Positions 25,500-39,810 of a stretch of 64,000 nt of DNA are shown here, in pieces. Within the stretch, counting starts at the first letter, position 1; every line of letters starts with the position of its first letter. Source of the stretch: Adineta vaga (Eukaryota; Animalia; Rotifera); the NCBI GenBank assembly GCA_021613535.1, contig CP075494.1:3162001-3226000 (forward strand), in the 5' to 3' direction. Made by a program: the position numbers and the translations under genes. The notes under the pieces were generated by a model. That model saw only the letters and a list, made by a program, of their open reading frames with translations. It searched no databases and was not told the DNA's origin.

Positions 25500-26063
25500 T
25501 ATTAAACATCCGTTACTGGTGGTGGTGGTGGTGGTGGATTATGTTTTGGAAGAAAGACATACTTACAATACACGAAACAACTAACACATGAGAGTAAAGG
25601 TGTTAGAGAAAAAAATAAAAGAACAAAACCTAACAATCTTCATGGCTTCTCTCATTGAAAAGCAAATATATCATTTGCAGGTAATTGTGTATTTTCATAA
25701 CACCAATAAATTTGTGCAATCTAAAATTCAAAAAGAAATAATTTCAAGAAGAAAATAACAAATTTGGCAAACTTTTTTTGACTGAGATGCTTTTATCGCC
25801 ATCCATTTGAATCCATATTGATTTCGAAATGTTAATACTCTATCGATACGTGTCGTATGATCATTTTCACAATCAGTAACAGTTATATTCCAAGCAGCAC
25901 TTCAGAAACCACGCTGAGAACATATCTATAAATAGCATCACCAGATTTCACATAACATTGTTTTTCAATCTTTGATTTATCTCCATATACAATTGAAAAT
26001 CCACAAACAAACGCAAAGAAAGCAAGAAACAATATTAGGACAATAATACTACATGGATTCATT
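25500..26063 (-). pseudogene. Small two-TM protein with poly-Pro tail, apparently frameshifted
   Basis: N-terminal TM, C-terminal TM and a PPPPPP tail; the frames do not join cleanly. Confidence 0.4.
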
Positions 26064-26322
26064 AGAATATGTTTTCGGAAAGAAATTTGTTTATATAAAA
26101 TATCGTTGTGTATATACGTAGACTGAGTAATACCGGTATGTCGTTTAAATAAATAATGATAAGTAAACAAAAGAGAAAATTATTCATCCAGAGAGACAAG
26201 AAAGAATATGTTCAAAATAAATTTATCGGCAGAATAATGACATACATGCGCTATGCTCGATGAAAATGTTGATAAGAATAAGTGTTGAAAAAGACTTAGA
26301 TACTGTTATTTTTAGTACGCGT

Positions 26323-26370
26323 CTTGAGGGTATGTTACCATATGCAACTGAGACCCACCCCTCTCTTAAG
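26323..26370. repeat. Telomere-like mini-palindrome (degenerate)
   Basis: cttgagggtatg...gacccacccctctcttaag. Confidence 0.55.
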
Positions 26371-26419
26371 AAGTACAGAAGTCCCGCTTTTCTTCCTTTG
26401 CTTCCATCACATATCTTAC

Positions 26420-27610
26420 CATTTTGGATTTAAATATTATAAGTTGAGCTAGAAGGTTTTGATAGATAGATATAGATTTATTTAAATCTCATTTTATTCA
26501 TTACTTTCTTCCATAACTTATAAATACTGTAATGAAGCCATAAGTGGTATTGTCGAAGACATATAGATCATAGAATTAGTACCAAAAGCACTGACCACCA
26601 TGTCTGCCGATACTGTATAGCTGAAGGCTTTCGAAAAAGAAGATAAATGCTGTGAAGTAAGGTAGAGTACAGTTCCTACGATTTTTTAACGTGATCAGCT
26701 ATATCAGATGTTTTGAAAACGTTAGGCGAATTAGTAAAACCATGGAGAACATTGCTAATTTGAGTATTGATGCTGTTTTGGCTCACTTGACATAGAAAAC
26801 GAAGACCTTGTGCATAGACACTCATCATCGTTCGTGCATCCATCGCCCATAGATAGGTAATATTACTATTAAAAGTGGCTAGTATTCATTTGTCCTTGAT
26901 GAATACACTTGAACATATCTAACAAAAGAACCAATTTTTAGTATCAGTTTCGTGCATTTTGATCTTCATTTTCAATAATTTTACAGAACTTAGGTTGATC
27001 CAAATAAGAGCGAGGCTCTGTAACAATAGTGTATATTTCAACGAAAACCTATTTATCTCAACAAAAATATCACACTTTGCATAAACAGCTTATTTATCTA
27101 CCAGACTAGTAATGTGTTTTCAAGAACGTTGATGATTATTGAAGTTATTTCTAAATTAAAATGTCCCTCGCACTTGGGTTGTCTTATCTGATAGCGACAT
27201 CGTTGTTTATCATATTAAATCTGTAGACTATGACCGAACCGCCTCTTCGTCATCAATGGATAAAATTTTATGGATAATCGAATAATTATTAATAAAATCA
27301 TTACCTGATGAAAAGTAACATTCACATGAACATATGTGGCTAGTTGAATGGATGTATGTGAACATGGACAATGAAGAGTCATTGGATACTCTTGCTGCAA
27401 AGATTCGAAGATCGCTCGAGACGGATTTTTGACGACAACAGTAGTTTCTTGAGTGCTTAAGGTAGTAGTTACCGTTATCATTGTCAGAATAACAATAAAA
27501 GCAACAATATATATCCACGAAGAGCAACGTTGGATTTTAATGATTTTCTCATCGGAAGAATCATCCTTGAAAATGTTCACATGACGAACCCATTGGAATG
27601 TTTTCTTCAT
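26420..27610 (-). pseudogene. Truncated member of a large Cys-rich TM protein family
   Basis: TM then YPMTLHCPCSHTSI..FHQ|ICSSVFIKD; degrades and ends by about 26420. Confidence 0.55.
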
Positions 27611-27662
27611 TCGTCAATTAAACGCTATGCTTTATAAGAGTTTTATTCAAAGACGACAAAAT

Positions 27663-27700
27663 CTTGAATGTGGATGTGAGTATCGCTTTCTCAACTTCAG
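27663..27700. repeat. Telomere-like mini-palindrome (short)
   Basis: cttgaatgtggatgtgagtatcgctttctcaacttcag; the core matches the reverse complement of the 50845 copy. Confidence 0.6.
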
Positions 27701-27796
27701 ATGTTGTTTTTATTTCGAATGAGTAAAAAAAAGGAATAAGATGAATTTAACTTTTTTTAAATGAATTGTTTCAAAAAATAGTTTGTCGATAAAATT

Positions 27797-28396
27797 TTAC
27801 CATTTGATCGATTTTTCTTCTTTAAGTTGATTAAAACCTTGTTCTGATAATTGACAATTATCTAATCGACATGCCGATAATATTGAATTTTTATCAACCA
27901 TTTGAACAAGAAATGGAACTGATAAGTCAGTAATCGATTTATTTGAACGTAGATCAAGTGTTCTCAAAGATAATTTATCTGTTGTAAGTGTACGAATAAG
28001 ATCTCGAACCCCATCATCAGTTAGATTTGTATCAGCTAATGATAAATGATATAGAGTTCGATTATTTTGTAGCAATTGATTGATAAATGGAATTACTTGA
28101 TCACCAAGTGGATTTGATGATAAATTTAAATGTGTTATTTTCGATCTTTTCAATAAAGAATTAATAAGCATTTGAATACCATTTGATGTTATTTGATTAT
28201 TTGCTAATGATAATGATTGACATTGACTTTTTTCAATAACTTTATTAATTAAATAATGAATGTCATCATCCGTTAGATTTAAATTATTTAATTCAAGATT
28301 TTCTCTAGATGATTTATTTATTTGTTCTTCGAGCTGGACATTTCGGGATGATTTTTTCGCTTTTTTTCTTGAACGAGTACATGAAAATAACGACAT
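27797..28396 (-). CDS. Ribonuclease-inhibitor-like leucine-rich repeat protein
   Basis: 199 aa with about 28-aa repeats: LSLANNQITSNG, LNLSSNPLGDQ, LSLADTNLTDDG. Confidence 0.85.
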   Translation of the reverse strand: MSLFSCTRSRKKAKKSSRNVQLEEQINKSSRENLELNNLNLTDDDIHYLINKVIEKSQCQSLSLANNQITSNGIQMLINSLLKRSKITHLNLSSNPLGDQVIPFINQLLQNNRTLYHLSLADTNLTDDGVRDLIRTLTTDKLSLRTLDLRSNKSITDLSVPFLVQMVDKNSILSACRLDNCQLSEQGFNQLKEEKSIKW

Positions 28397-28846
28397 ACTT
28401 TCTTCTTTGTAAAAAAAAATGATCGATTCAAACCTCTTTTATTTACTCAATCATCACGAAAAAGAAAAAAAACTCGTTTTTTCTTTTCGCCAATATGCAT
28501 CAATGATTGATACAAAAAAAAAAGCTTTTTTTCCTCTCTTTTACCTTAACAGACTCATAAAATGACATCCAATGAAATATTTCAAGTACATCTCTCTCTG
28601 TATATAATGTCATTAGCAGAATAAAACAAATGATTTGTTTTTTGTAAAAAGAAAAGCAGTACAACGATTCAATTGAACAGATATTTTCATCTACAATGTC
28701 TATCGATCAATGATTTTGTAGCGAATAGTTGAGCTACTGTCCATGTCAAAATGTAATTTGTATTCGATTGGGTTTCTGAATACGAAAAGAATCATTGTGA
28801 TTCAGTTATTCTCACAATAAAACCAATGAAAATAAAGAAAAAATAC

Positions 28847-28905
28847 GCTATACTCACGCTTGAGGGCGTGGGTGTAAATAATTAGCTATTCCACACCAAC
28901 ATCCT
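28847..28905. repeat. Telomere-like mini-palindrome
   Basis: gctatactcacg-cttgagggcgtgggtgt...gctattccacaccaacatcct. Confidence 0.7.
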
Positions 28906-29028
28906 TTTTATTTATTGAAGATTCATTCCTTTATTTGTCTCTCTGACGTTTTATTTTAAAAATAAAAACACATACAAACACTCCTGTCACATGAGATGAA
29001 AATACATTTCATCCGAAGAAAGAACTAT

Positions 29029-29075
29029 CTGGAATGGGTGAGAATAGTCTACTAAATTGTATCCACATCCTCATG
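29029..29075. repeat. Telomere-like mini-palindrome (degenerate)
   Basis: ggaatgggtgagaatagtc...tatccacatcctcatg. Confidence 0.5.
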
Positions 29076-29219
29076 AATTCTATTCAAATGAACAACAACA
29101 TGTATGTAATTTAATTGAAATGTTTTTCCACGATTTTGTACTCATATGAATATAATCAATAGATCACAACATTTATTACAAACAACAATAATGTCTATGA
29201 AACTTCAGGTACGACTTGA

Positions 29220-30236
29220 TTAATAACACGTAGTTGTGTTTCCAAACCATCGTTGAAAATAAATCTTGAAAAGTACATGAACCACTTGTTGTCGATATCG
29301 TTTTGATACAGAAATATAAATATAAAAAGGAATCTACAAATTAAACCAACTCTATTATTCATACAGATTCTCAAGTTAGACACTCACCGTGTAGTATAAA
29401 TAATATACACATATTGTTATTCCTATGACCAATTGTATTTGAGCATTAATTATAACATCGTTAGTAAATGGTATATTATTTGTAAGCGTAATCAATATGA
29501 AATATGGTGAAATTAATAAGACACTAATCAAACCTTGAATAAGAACCATCGATGTTATTTGAATTTCATGTTGACGACGAACAAGTGGAACTGTTCGATA
29601 AGAGATCTGTTTGATATTTCTATAAAGTAACAATGCAAAAATAATGATAAATAAAAGAGGGCAAACATTTAACAAGACGGGAGTATAAAAACGAATGATA
29701 TAATTTTGATAATCATTATTTGTAACTACACAACTTGTTATATTTGTTATCGGTGAGATTACTGGATTATAATATATTAGATGAGGAATACAATAAAATA
29801 TCCAGAAGAGACTAACTATTGCACATAAACGATATGCGATCTTTCGATGACTCCATTGTTGTAATCGTGGATATTTTGATGTTGCCATGTATTGATCAAT
29901 CAGAGCCATACAAATACATGACATGGAAATTAGTGCACAAATTTGAACCGTATAGATTCTTATTGTACAACTACCAACATCTATATGTATTCCATTGAAT
30001 AATGATCCTCGAACGAAAATAAGATATAAGAAACCACTTAATAACTGAATGATATTGAATAAAGACATGATGATAAGATAAACTCCACATGAACTTTGTC
30101 GAAAGATGCGAAGACTAAGAAAAATAATGATATTTAATATTCCACCAAGAACGCCAATAATGACAATTGGTAAACCAGCATAGACATAGATTCTAGTTGA
30201 AATATAATTGATTGATGCAACTACTGCAGAGGACAT
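29220..30236 (-). CDS. Orphan class A GPCR, copy 1; 2 exons
   Basis: 7 TM, GILN, IDQY, intron after YYT then IPFYIY. The last residues are frameshifted relative to copies 2 and 3. Confidence 0.88.
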
Positions 30237-31475
30237 TTGTGAATGAAACGGAATGAATGAATTTGTGATCTAAAATAAAATCTTTATTCAAAAAAATGTT
30301 GTTGAATAAATGAAATTCCGATGTCATTCAAATGCTATCTTGGAAAAGATGACAACAACTTTGAACTGTAAAATAAGTAGACAAAAAGAGAAATCTAATT
30401 ATAAATTTATTTGATTAATGAGGTTTGAAAAGCCCTTGAAAATATTTTAGTCAAGGCAGAAAAGGAAACATTATTATTTGATGGAATTTGATTTCAAAAT
30501 TCTCAAGGGTCAGAAACCTTTCGGAAACAGAACCTTTGAATTAAAAATATGGAATTCGCATTACCTGTTCGTAATGGAACTCTGTAATAAAATTGTGTCT
30601 GATGGAAACAGACACAGAAAAATTCTTCATATTTGTTTTTAAAGTAGGTCCTATAAATTATCATAATAAATTAGGATTTTTCTCTTATCTAAATTTTTTA
30701 TTAAATCGTTAGAAACAGAAGAAAAGAAATGTTTTTTTGACACAATGAAAATTATAAAAAATTAATTTTCATAATATCTCTATCAATGATAAGACAAACA
30801 TGACATTGACGTGGAAGAGAAAAACAAATTATTTTGATAATGTGAACGTCAATAGTGTTTAGAACTAAACGGAATTACTGATCATATTGACACATTCAAA
30901 CAAAGATTTCATGCTCAAATGAGAGTGTGGATGTCGATGTAGGTGAGAGTCGTTCACTAAACTTGAAGACTTCGGGGTATTCTATATAATAGAACATGCT
31001 AACCTTATGACACTCTTGTGTAATGGAATGTGAATATATCGTATACAGTTCGTGAGACTGAACTATTTTAAAAATCAGCAAGTTCTGAACTTTGATGATC
31101 CCAATGTGACTAATTCCGTTTCACTAAAAAGTATAAACTATAATTAAAAGCCACATAAACGAAAAGACGACTTCTGACCAATAGTGCCTTAAATCGTGAT
31201 ACATGCAAGATATTTGCACTTGAATGCTTCCGATTGCGAACACGAAACTAGGACACGAATACTATTCAATTAATACTCGAAATACTTTAATTACCATAAA
31301 CTGAATGAATTCTGTTTACAGTACACTCAAATACGTATTTAACTTTTATTATTGTTCAAGCTCACAAAACAACATCTATGTAATTTATTTTAAATCTTTT
31401 TCAACGATTTTCAACTCTTATCAATATAATGAAATAGATTTACCACACTATTGACAAAAATAACATGGATATTTA

Positions 31476-32510
31476 TTAATTTTCCGGTACAACTTGATTC
31501 ATATCATTTGTTTTTCTAAACCATCGTTGAAAATAAATCTTGAAAAGTACATGAACCACTTGTTGTCGATATCGTTTTGATACAGAAATATAAATATAAA
31601 AAGGAATCTACAAATAAAATTGATTATATAATAGTGACAAATTTTCAAATAAGATACTCACAGTATAATATGTATAATATACACATATTGTTATTCCTAT
31701 GACCAATTGTATTTGAGCATTAATTATAACATCGTTGGTAAATTGTATATTATTTGTAAGTGTTAATAATATAAAATATGGTGTAATTAATAAAACACTA
31801 ATCAAACCTTGAATAAGAACCATCGATGTCATTTGAATTTCATGTTGACGACGAACAAGTGGAACTGTTCGATATGAGATTTGTCTGATATTTCTATAAA
31901 GTAACAATGCAAAAACGATGATAAATAAAAGAGGTAATAGAATGAACAAGATTGGAATATAAAAGCGAATGACATAATTTTGATAATCATTGTTCGTAAC
32001 CACACAACTTGTTATATTTGTTATCGGTGAGATTACTGGATTATAATATATTAGATGAGGAATACAATAAAATATCCAGAAGAGACTAACTATTGCACAT
32101 AAACGATACGCGATCTTTCGATGACTCCATTGTTGTAATCGTGGATATTTTGATGTTGCCATGTATTGATCAATCAGAGCCATACAAATACATGACATGG
32201 AAATTAGTGCACAAATTTGAACCGTATAAGATCTAACTGTACAGCTGCCTGAAGTTACAGTTATTCCATTGATTAATGGTCCCCGAACGAAAATAAGATA
32301 TAAAAAACCACTTAATAACTGAATGATATTGAGTAATGACATGATGATAAGATAAACTCCACATGAATTTTGTCGAAAGATGCGAAGACTAAGAAAAATA
32401 ATGATATTTAATATCCCACCAAGAACGCCAATAATGACAATTGGTAAACCAGCATAGACATAGATTCTACTTGAAATATAATTGATTGATTCAACTACTT
32501 CAGAGGACAT
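31476..32510 (-). CDS. Orphan class A GPCR, copy 2; 2 exons
   Basis: Near-identical paralog; ATG at 32510 by alignment; ends NQVVPEN*. Confidence 0.88.
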
Positions 32511-34103
32511 TCGTACGACTTCCTTATATCTAAAATAGACTTTACATTCATATAAAATAGGGATGTGCATTTGAATGAACGAAGTCCTAATATCATTCTT
32601 ATGATATCTTGAAAGAAAAGACAAAAGCTCATAATTCTAAAAAGATAATCATGTAAACAAAGGATTTAGTTATAAATCTGTTTGATTGACGAGTTTTGAG
32701 ATGTCTTTGAGAATGCTTCAGTCAAATAGGAAAGTTTTTTGAAAGCTTCTTGATAATAAGTACGTAAAAGAAAAACTCGACAAGGGACAAAGAAGTCCTT
32801 GCTGATAATCTAGAAGAAAGTACGATTTTCATTCTTCCAGAGATCATCTGAGGGAACAAATATAAAAGAAATAAAGTGAAATATCTTTTATCTTTGTGAA
32901 AACAAATTCCTGTTACAAAGAATGATAAATAAAGATGATTCTTTTATTTTAATTTCTTGTTTGCTTGGCATAAAAAGAAGAAAACCCTTTATTTCTCTAC
33001 ACGATGAAAATATTAATAAACTTTTAGGTACATTAGTTTTATAGAATATCTTGTCCAGAAACGATGTAAATACTCAATTATGTCAATGCTTGAAATTGTT
33101 TGAAAAAGAATAATGAATACATTGGAATACTGTCAATTCTAAAATACGACATCTACATATTATGTATTTTTGTCCTTTCTCCTCGAGACAATGTGAGAAC
33201 TAAGTAAAAAGTTTCTTTCTATAATATCTCTAATGATGATAAGATAGACACGATATTTACATGTAATAAAAAGAAATCATTTTCAGAATGTGAATAGATC
33301 TTAGAAGATTACGAAGTTAATGACTCCCTGTTAAAAATTTCTATCTTATACGAAGACTCAGTTTTTTTCTTGTAATTAGCTATCTGATATTTACTTTTCT
33401 ATGAAGTCTCAAATTATAGTGTCTAAGGAAAAAGTCAAGGATTAGTATAACTGTGAGAAACATGATCTACGAAATGACTTTTTCCTCTCATTTAATATTC
33501 TAGTCGAGAAAACATGAGAATTTTTACGGAATATTTGATTTGAATGAACTGTCAGATCCATAAAATCGAGAAAACTAAATATAATTAATTACTGGTAATG
33601 TAGAAGATTTAAGCGTATAAAATTAATATTATATTGTGAAATAAAATAGTTAAGAATTCTAATACAGAAGTTTTTAAACCAAGAAAAATCATTGGATAGA
33701 TAAGTCAAACGACATAAATGCTGATTTGTTGTGTACCAAAAGTGAATGATGATGAATATATCCTACACAATAAGAGAATGAATATTCGCTCGGTTTAAAT
33801 TCAAAATATTATCATGCATCAATCAGCATTATATTCTATTAAATTTTAAAAAGAAAACTAATCAGTGTATTTTGTGTTTCTTAATTTACATTTTCCATAA
33901 ATAAATTCACTTTTTGATTTCAGGTACAGATGGACTATAGTTACGCTTTCAATTGATAAAAGAAGAGTTCGTGAGTATATTTGTATCAGGTTCAAACGTC
34001 GAATTTATAAGAGAATTGTAATGTGCATGCGATTAGCGTTGTAAAGAATGATTATATATCCGTTAACTGATCAATTATGATCAAGGTGTACTCAAATTGA
34101 TCT

Positions 34104-34158
34104 TTCAAGGGTGGGTGTGGATGAGAATAGACGTGGCTCAACATTCACCCATCTTTAA
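34104..34158. repeat. Telomere-like mini-palindrome
   Basis: ttcaagggtgggtgtggatgagaatagac...cattcacccatctttaa. Confidence 0.65.
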
Positions 34159-34453
34159 CGTTCTATCATCGAGACTCAAGACGTCTAATTCTTCATCGTT
34201 ATCGACGTTTGTACCCTTGAAATGATTGTAAAGTTAGTTCTGACCTTTCGGAAATATTTCGTTCCGAACATCCTGCTTGTTTAATTAAACTTTCCTACTA
34301 TGATTTCCATGCCAAACCTTGTATCTTTTTTATTCATATTCACAAAACAACATCAATGTAATTTATTTTAAATCTTTTTCAACGATTTTCAACTCTTATC
34401 AATATAATGAAATAGATTTACCACACTATTGACAAAAATAACATGAATATTTA

Positions 34454-35488
34454 TTAATTTTCCGGTACAACTTGATTCATATCATTTGTTTTTCCGCACC
34501 AGCGTTGAAAATAAATCTTGAAAAGCACATGAACCACTTGTTGTCGATATCGTTTTGATACAGAAATATAAATATAAAAAGGAATCTACAAATTAAACCA
34601 ACTCTATTATTCATACAGATTCTCAAGTTAGACACTCACCGTGTAGTATAAATAATATACACATATTGTTATTCCTATGACCAATTGTATTTGAGCATTA
34701 ATTATAACATCGTTGGTAAATGGTATATTATTTGTAAGCGTAATCAATATGAAATATGGTGTAATTAATAAGACACTAATCAAACCTTGAATAAGAACCA
34801 TCGATGTTATTTGAATTTCATGTTGACGACGAACAAGTGGAACTGTTCGATATGAGATTTGTCTGATATTTCTATAAAGTAACAATGCAAAAACGATGAT
34901 AAATAAAAGAGGTAATAGAATGAACAAGATTGGAATATAAAAGCGAATGACATAATTTTGATAATCATTGTTCGTAACCACACAACTTGTTATATTTGTT
35001 ATCGGTGAGATTACTGGATTATAATATATTAGATGAGGAATACAATAAAATATCCAGAAGAGACTAACTATTGCACATAAACGATACGCGATCTTTCGAT
35101 GACTCCATTGTTGTAATCGTGGATATTTTGATGTTGCCATGTATTGATCAATCAGAGCCATACAAATACATGACATGGAAATTAGTGCACAAATTTGAAC
35201 CGTATAAGATCTAACTGTACAGCTGCCTGAAGTTACAGTTATTCCATTGAATAATGATCCTCGAACGAAAATAAGATATAAGAAACCACTTAATAACTGA
35301 ATGATATTGAATAAAGACATGATGATAAGATAAACTCCACATGAACTTTGTCGAAAGATGCGAAGACTAAGAAAGATAATGATATTTAATATCCCACCAA
35401 GAACGCCAATAATGACAATTGGTAAACCAGCATAGACATAGATTCTAGTTGAAATATAATTGATTGATGCAACTACTTCAGAGGACAT
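34454..35488 (-). CDS. Orphan class A GPCR, copy 3 (mosaic of copies 1 and 2); 2 exons
   Basis: Near-identical paralog; ends NQVVPEN*. Confidence 0.88.
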
Positions 35489-38162
35489 TTGTGAATGAAA
35501 CGGAATGAATGAATTTATGATCTAAAATAAAATTTATATTTACAAATTAGTTGCCATTGCATGAATGAGGTTATTATGTCATTCAAATTCTATCTTAATA
35601 GAAATGATAATAACTTTTAATTCTAAGACAAGCCGATAAAAAATAGGTTCAATTATAAACGTATATCTAACTAATGATGTATGAAAAGTTCTTGGAAATG
35701 TTTTACTCAAGTGAGAAGAGAAAACATTATTTTCGCTTATATTATTGGATTGAATCATTTCCAAAAAAAATCCCAAAAATAATTCAAAAAGGAAGTTCGA
35801 CAGTTAGAAAAGCTTTTGTTGATGTACATTTAAAAAGAGTGCGATCCTTTCGCTTCTGGGGAATACTTAATGAGATAGATACATAAAAACAACGGAAAAG
35901 TTTTGTATATTTTCATAATAAATAAAACTTTTCGTTTATCTCAAACTAAATAAGAAGATGTACATTGACCATCAACTTTTTCTGTTGCCGAAATTTGTGA
36001 AATAGAGGAATGATCGAGAAAAATATGATTTTTTTATTACTATATTTATTATGATATCGACATAGTCTAGTCAAAAGTTTCATGGCAAAAAATGGATATC
36101 AATAGTCAACAAAAACAGCTATTTCGTAACGATGTATCAAAGATGTACTGAAAAGACAGATAAGCATAACAATGAGTCGTCAAAACTACGACTAACTTCA
36201 GGAAAAAATTATATTCATGTGAAAACGATTATTCCTCACACTGCGGATGATGATATGAATTAGATCGTGTTAAAACATTGTACCCTTTCTTATCATATAT
36301 ATATATATATGACTTATAGTAGATGAAAGTCTCGCATCTATAATTCAAAAAATTTAGTTCTTAATTAAAAATAACTGTAACTTTCCACCTCTAATTTAGA
36401 GCTAGCTTTGTATTATATGATAGAAAAAAGGTTTTTTTCAAAGACAAGGAGAAGTGGAGCAAAAACAATTTTCCTCTTTTCATTTTCTGATATCAACCTT
36501 ATATAAAATTTCTCGTTACTTCTATTGTATCTACTTATAATCTCTAAATAATCTGACGATCAAAACTTATCAATCTCGGTATTTCTTCTGCACGAACGAT
36601 ATGATTCTGTATACGGTAGAATTCCTTACAGACACAAGATAATTGTTATTCTATTATAATATTAATAACAAGAAGAGAAAAAATGCTACTTAACGAATAT
36701 GAACGTGAAACTGAAGCTTGCAGAACGGTACGTACTTGAAATTCACACTAACACACTCAAACAACACTCAGACTTCATTTAGTTACGATGTTTCTCCTGT
36801 AGTAACATACGTATATATAATCACATACATCGGTAAAGTCATTAACTAATCAAATATCATATAGTTTATTTGCTGTGAATGAATTCCATATGAATGATAT
36901 CGAATTAAAACACAAAAATAGACTCGAAATATCAATTAATTCATTCTTATTCAATAATGAAAATACTTACAGAAAACGAAATGAAATCAATTGATGGCAA
37001 TGTAGAAGATAGATATTATACAATTCAGCTTGAATAATATTAAGATGCATTGTTGAAAAGTCGAGTTGTACACATCATTTTTTCTGTTATTGATAATATG
37101 ACATCGAATCAAGTGAAGAAAAGTGAGAGTTTCGTACATCAAAGTACAGAAGATTATTTCAATGTAGCACGACGTAAACGCTTGTTTTTTTTTTGTGAGT
37201 GATGACAATATCTTGGTCTGAAATGAGAACTTTCTAAGTCTAATAAATATATGAATATTTTTTTTTTGTTTAAAATAGAATTTGTTAATATCATTATAAT
37301 GCACAAATTCACATTTGATTCTATTAAATATTTACAGGAGAAATATTCTGACTGGTTTGTGTTTATTAATTAGTATTTACTATAAATAATTGCATTTAGA
37401 TATGAAACACAAATGTATGAGTTATATTCTTCCTAATTCATCGACTGGAAAGATATTCAGATGAATAAACAATAGTTTTTATTCAAGTCAAAATTGTTAC
37501 TATTGCCGAGGATAATTTCATATCAGTTGAATTGAATAATCATATGCGAATTTTTCTTGGTAAATATGATAAGATAATACTCTTCGGATCGTTTAGTAAA
37601 GAGAAGAAAAGAAAATATTTAACTTCTTTCTATGATGTTTATATCATTTGGAATATATGTTAATTCTATGAAAATTTCTCAGTTTATTGATAATGTAATT
37701 GAGAAAGATTAACTCTTTCAATGAACATTATCGAGTAAGTAAATAAGTAAAGCATATGTGATCATAGATATATTTATTTCGACTTTTTCTTGAGAATGTA
37801 AATTTGATCTGGGAATCTTCTCTCAACTCACTTCCCCATTCTTAGTTTGTTTGTAATAACATTAATAAAACAAAAGGTTTTTTTTTTATTAAAAGTCAAA
37901 TAATGCTGAGATAAATACCAATCAATATTCAACTTTGAAGATATTTTAAATAATACTCTCGATAAAATTGCGTAGAAAAAAAAACAAGATTTGTTTTTTG
38001 AATGTATCTTACGATCAAACTACAGATGAACAAAAACATTATTGATTTTTTTTTCTTATTGACATAAACGAAACAATAAACAAAAATTACTTTGTAAGTG
38101 ATAAGAAAAAATGAAGTTTGAAGGACAAAAGGAAAGAAAGTTGACGTTTGAAAGAAAAAAAT

Positions 38163-39155
38163 TCACTCTACTCCAGCAAAATCAAAAATAATTAAACTTA
38201 AAGCCATAATAAACATTCCAACTAACATAGATATACTTATTTTACCTTTGGATTGACAAAATCGTAATGCTGTTGGAATTAATTCTTTTAAAGAAATCGT
38301 TACCATCATTCCAGTAACTATACCAAACATAACTCCATTTAAAAGTTGATTTGCTCTTTGTTTTTCAAAGTCTTCTTTACGCATTTGATGTGCTATTTTC
38401 AAAATAATCCAACAAACAAATCCACCCAAAGGTTCAGCAAGTGCAGAAATAAATGTATAAAAAAGGCCTTTCCATCTCGATTTTGTTGCGAAATAAACGG
38501 GTGTAGCAACAGCAATACCTTCTGGTATATTATGTAATGCTATTCCAAGAGCTATTGGAAATGCCGTTGCTAGGTCGAGTTTTGCAGCAATAAATGTAGC
38601 AATACCTTCGGGAAGGTTGTGAAGTCCAATAGCGACTGCAGTTAAAATTCCTGTATGTTTTAATGATTTTTGTGTTGCTATATTTTTAACATTTCCATTT
38701 TCTACAATAGTTTCCGTTTGATTTAAATGATTGATTTCTTCCACATCAAAATGATGATTATGATCCGGAGAAATTTTATGTACAATAAAATCCAATAGAA
38801 ATATTAAACTAGCACCAAATAGAAAACATAATGTCGCTAAACTTTTACTCTTTCCTTTACAATTATATTTTTCTCTATCAATAGTTTGATCACAAGCCGT
38901 GCCTGTATCATTACTAAAACCTTTTTCAAAACCTTCAACACTTTTGCCAAAGATTTCTGCTAAGGAAATAAAAATCATTACACCAGCTGATAATGCTAAA
39001 GCGATTCCAATTCGTGATGGATTTGCAAGTGAAATTAATTTTCGATGAAATGGAACTAATCCACCGATACATGTTGCTAGACCAGCTGCTGTAGTTAAGG
39101 CAAATGCATATGCAGTAGTATAGTCTTTCGAAGATGCTGTTTCTATCCTGGACAT
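38163..39155 (-). CDS. zupT: ZIP-family metal transporter, ZupT/GufA-like; single exon
   Basis: LHNLPEG and LHNIPEG motifs, AEPLG, His-rich loop DHNHH. Confidence 0.88.
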   Translation of the reverse strand: MSRIETASSKDYTTAYAFALTTAAGLATCIGGLVPFHRKLISLANPSRIGIALALSAGVMIFISLAEIFGKSVEGFEKGFSNDTGTACDQTIDREKYNCKGKSKSLATLCFLFGASLIFLLDFIVHKISPDHNHHFDVEEINHLNQTETIVENGNVKNIATQKSLKHTGILTAVAIGLHNLPEGIATFIAAKLDLATAFPIALGIALHNIPEGIAVATPVYFATKSRWKGLFYTFISALAEPLGGFVCWIILKIAHQMRKEDFEKQRANQLLNGVMFGIVTGMMVTISLKELIPTALRFCQSKGKISISMLVGMFIMALSLIIFDFAGVE

Positions 39156-39810
39156 TTGTTTTATTGAATCTAGAAGAGAGAAAAAGAAAATATATGATCA
39201 TATTCGAAAACATTCAAGAAAGGTTTTTTCAACACACGTTTTGATTATTATCGATATGACGTTTCTATTTTGTTTTCTAAATATTGGAATAAATCTCTAA
39301 AAAAACTTTTTCTTTATGATTCCTTTTCTTTTAACTAGAGTTGAATATATTAACGAAGTATATATGAAAAGAAGGGAAAAAGATATTTAGTGAAAGGGAG
39401 AAAAAATATGTGTCGGGAAAAAGAAGAAAAATAAAGTACAGCGAGAAAAAATGCAACGATAGACGATTCTCGTTATATAAAAGCACGTGGAGGGTAGATT
39501 TATTAATAATAGATATTTTTCTTCGTCTAACGAAGAATCGTCTATACACATTGATTTCATTATAGACAAAGAGAACTAGTGGAAGTCTAACAAAGAAAAG
39601 AAAGAGAACAACATTCAATATATAGAGAACGGAGAAAAAAAAGAAATGAGTCGTTCTTCGACATGTGAAATATGTAAACAAAAAAACAACGAAGTGTTTC
39701 TTCGGTATATTATCAATGACTCCAACGAAGAATTCTAGCAGAGAATCGAAATCCCATTGAATGGGAAAAGTAAAATCAAATGTTTATTTGATAATAAAAA
39801 AAATGACAAC

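Noticed and set aside
32511-32624. N-terminal extension of GPCR copy 2
   Set aside because: The ORF track uses a non-ATG start; paralogs begin at MSS (32510).
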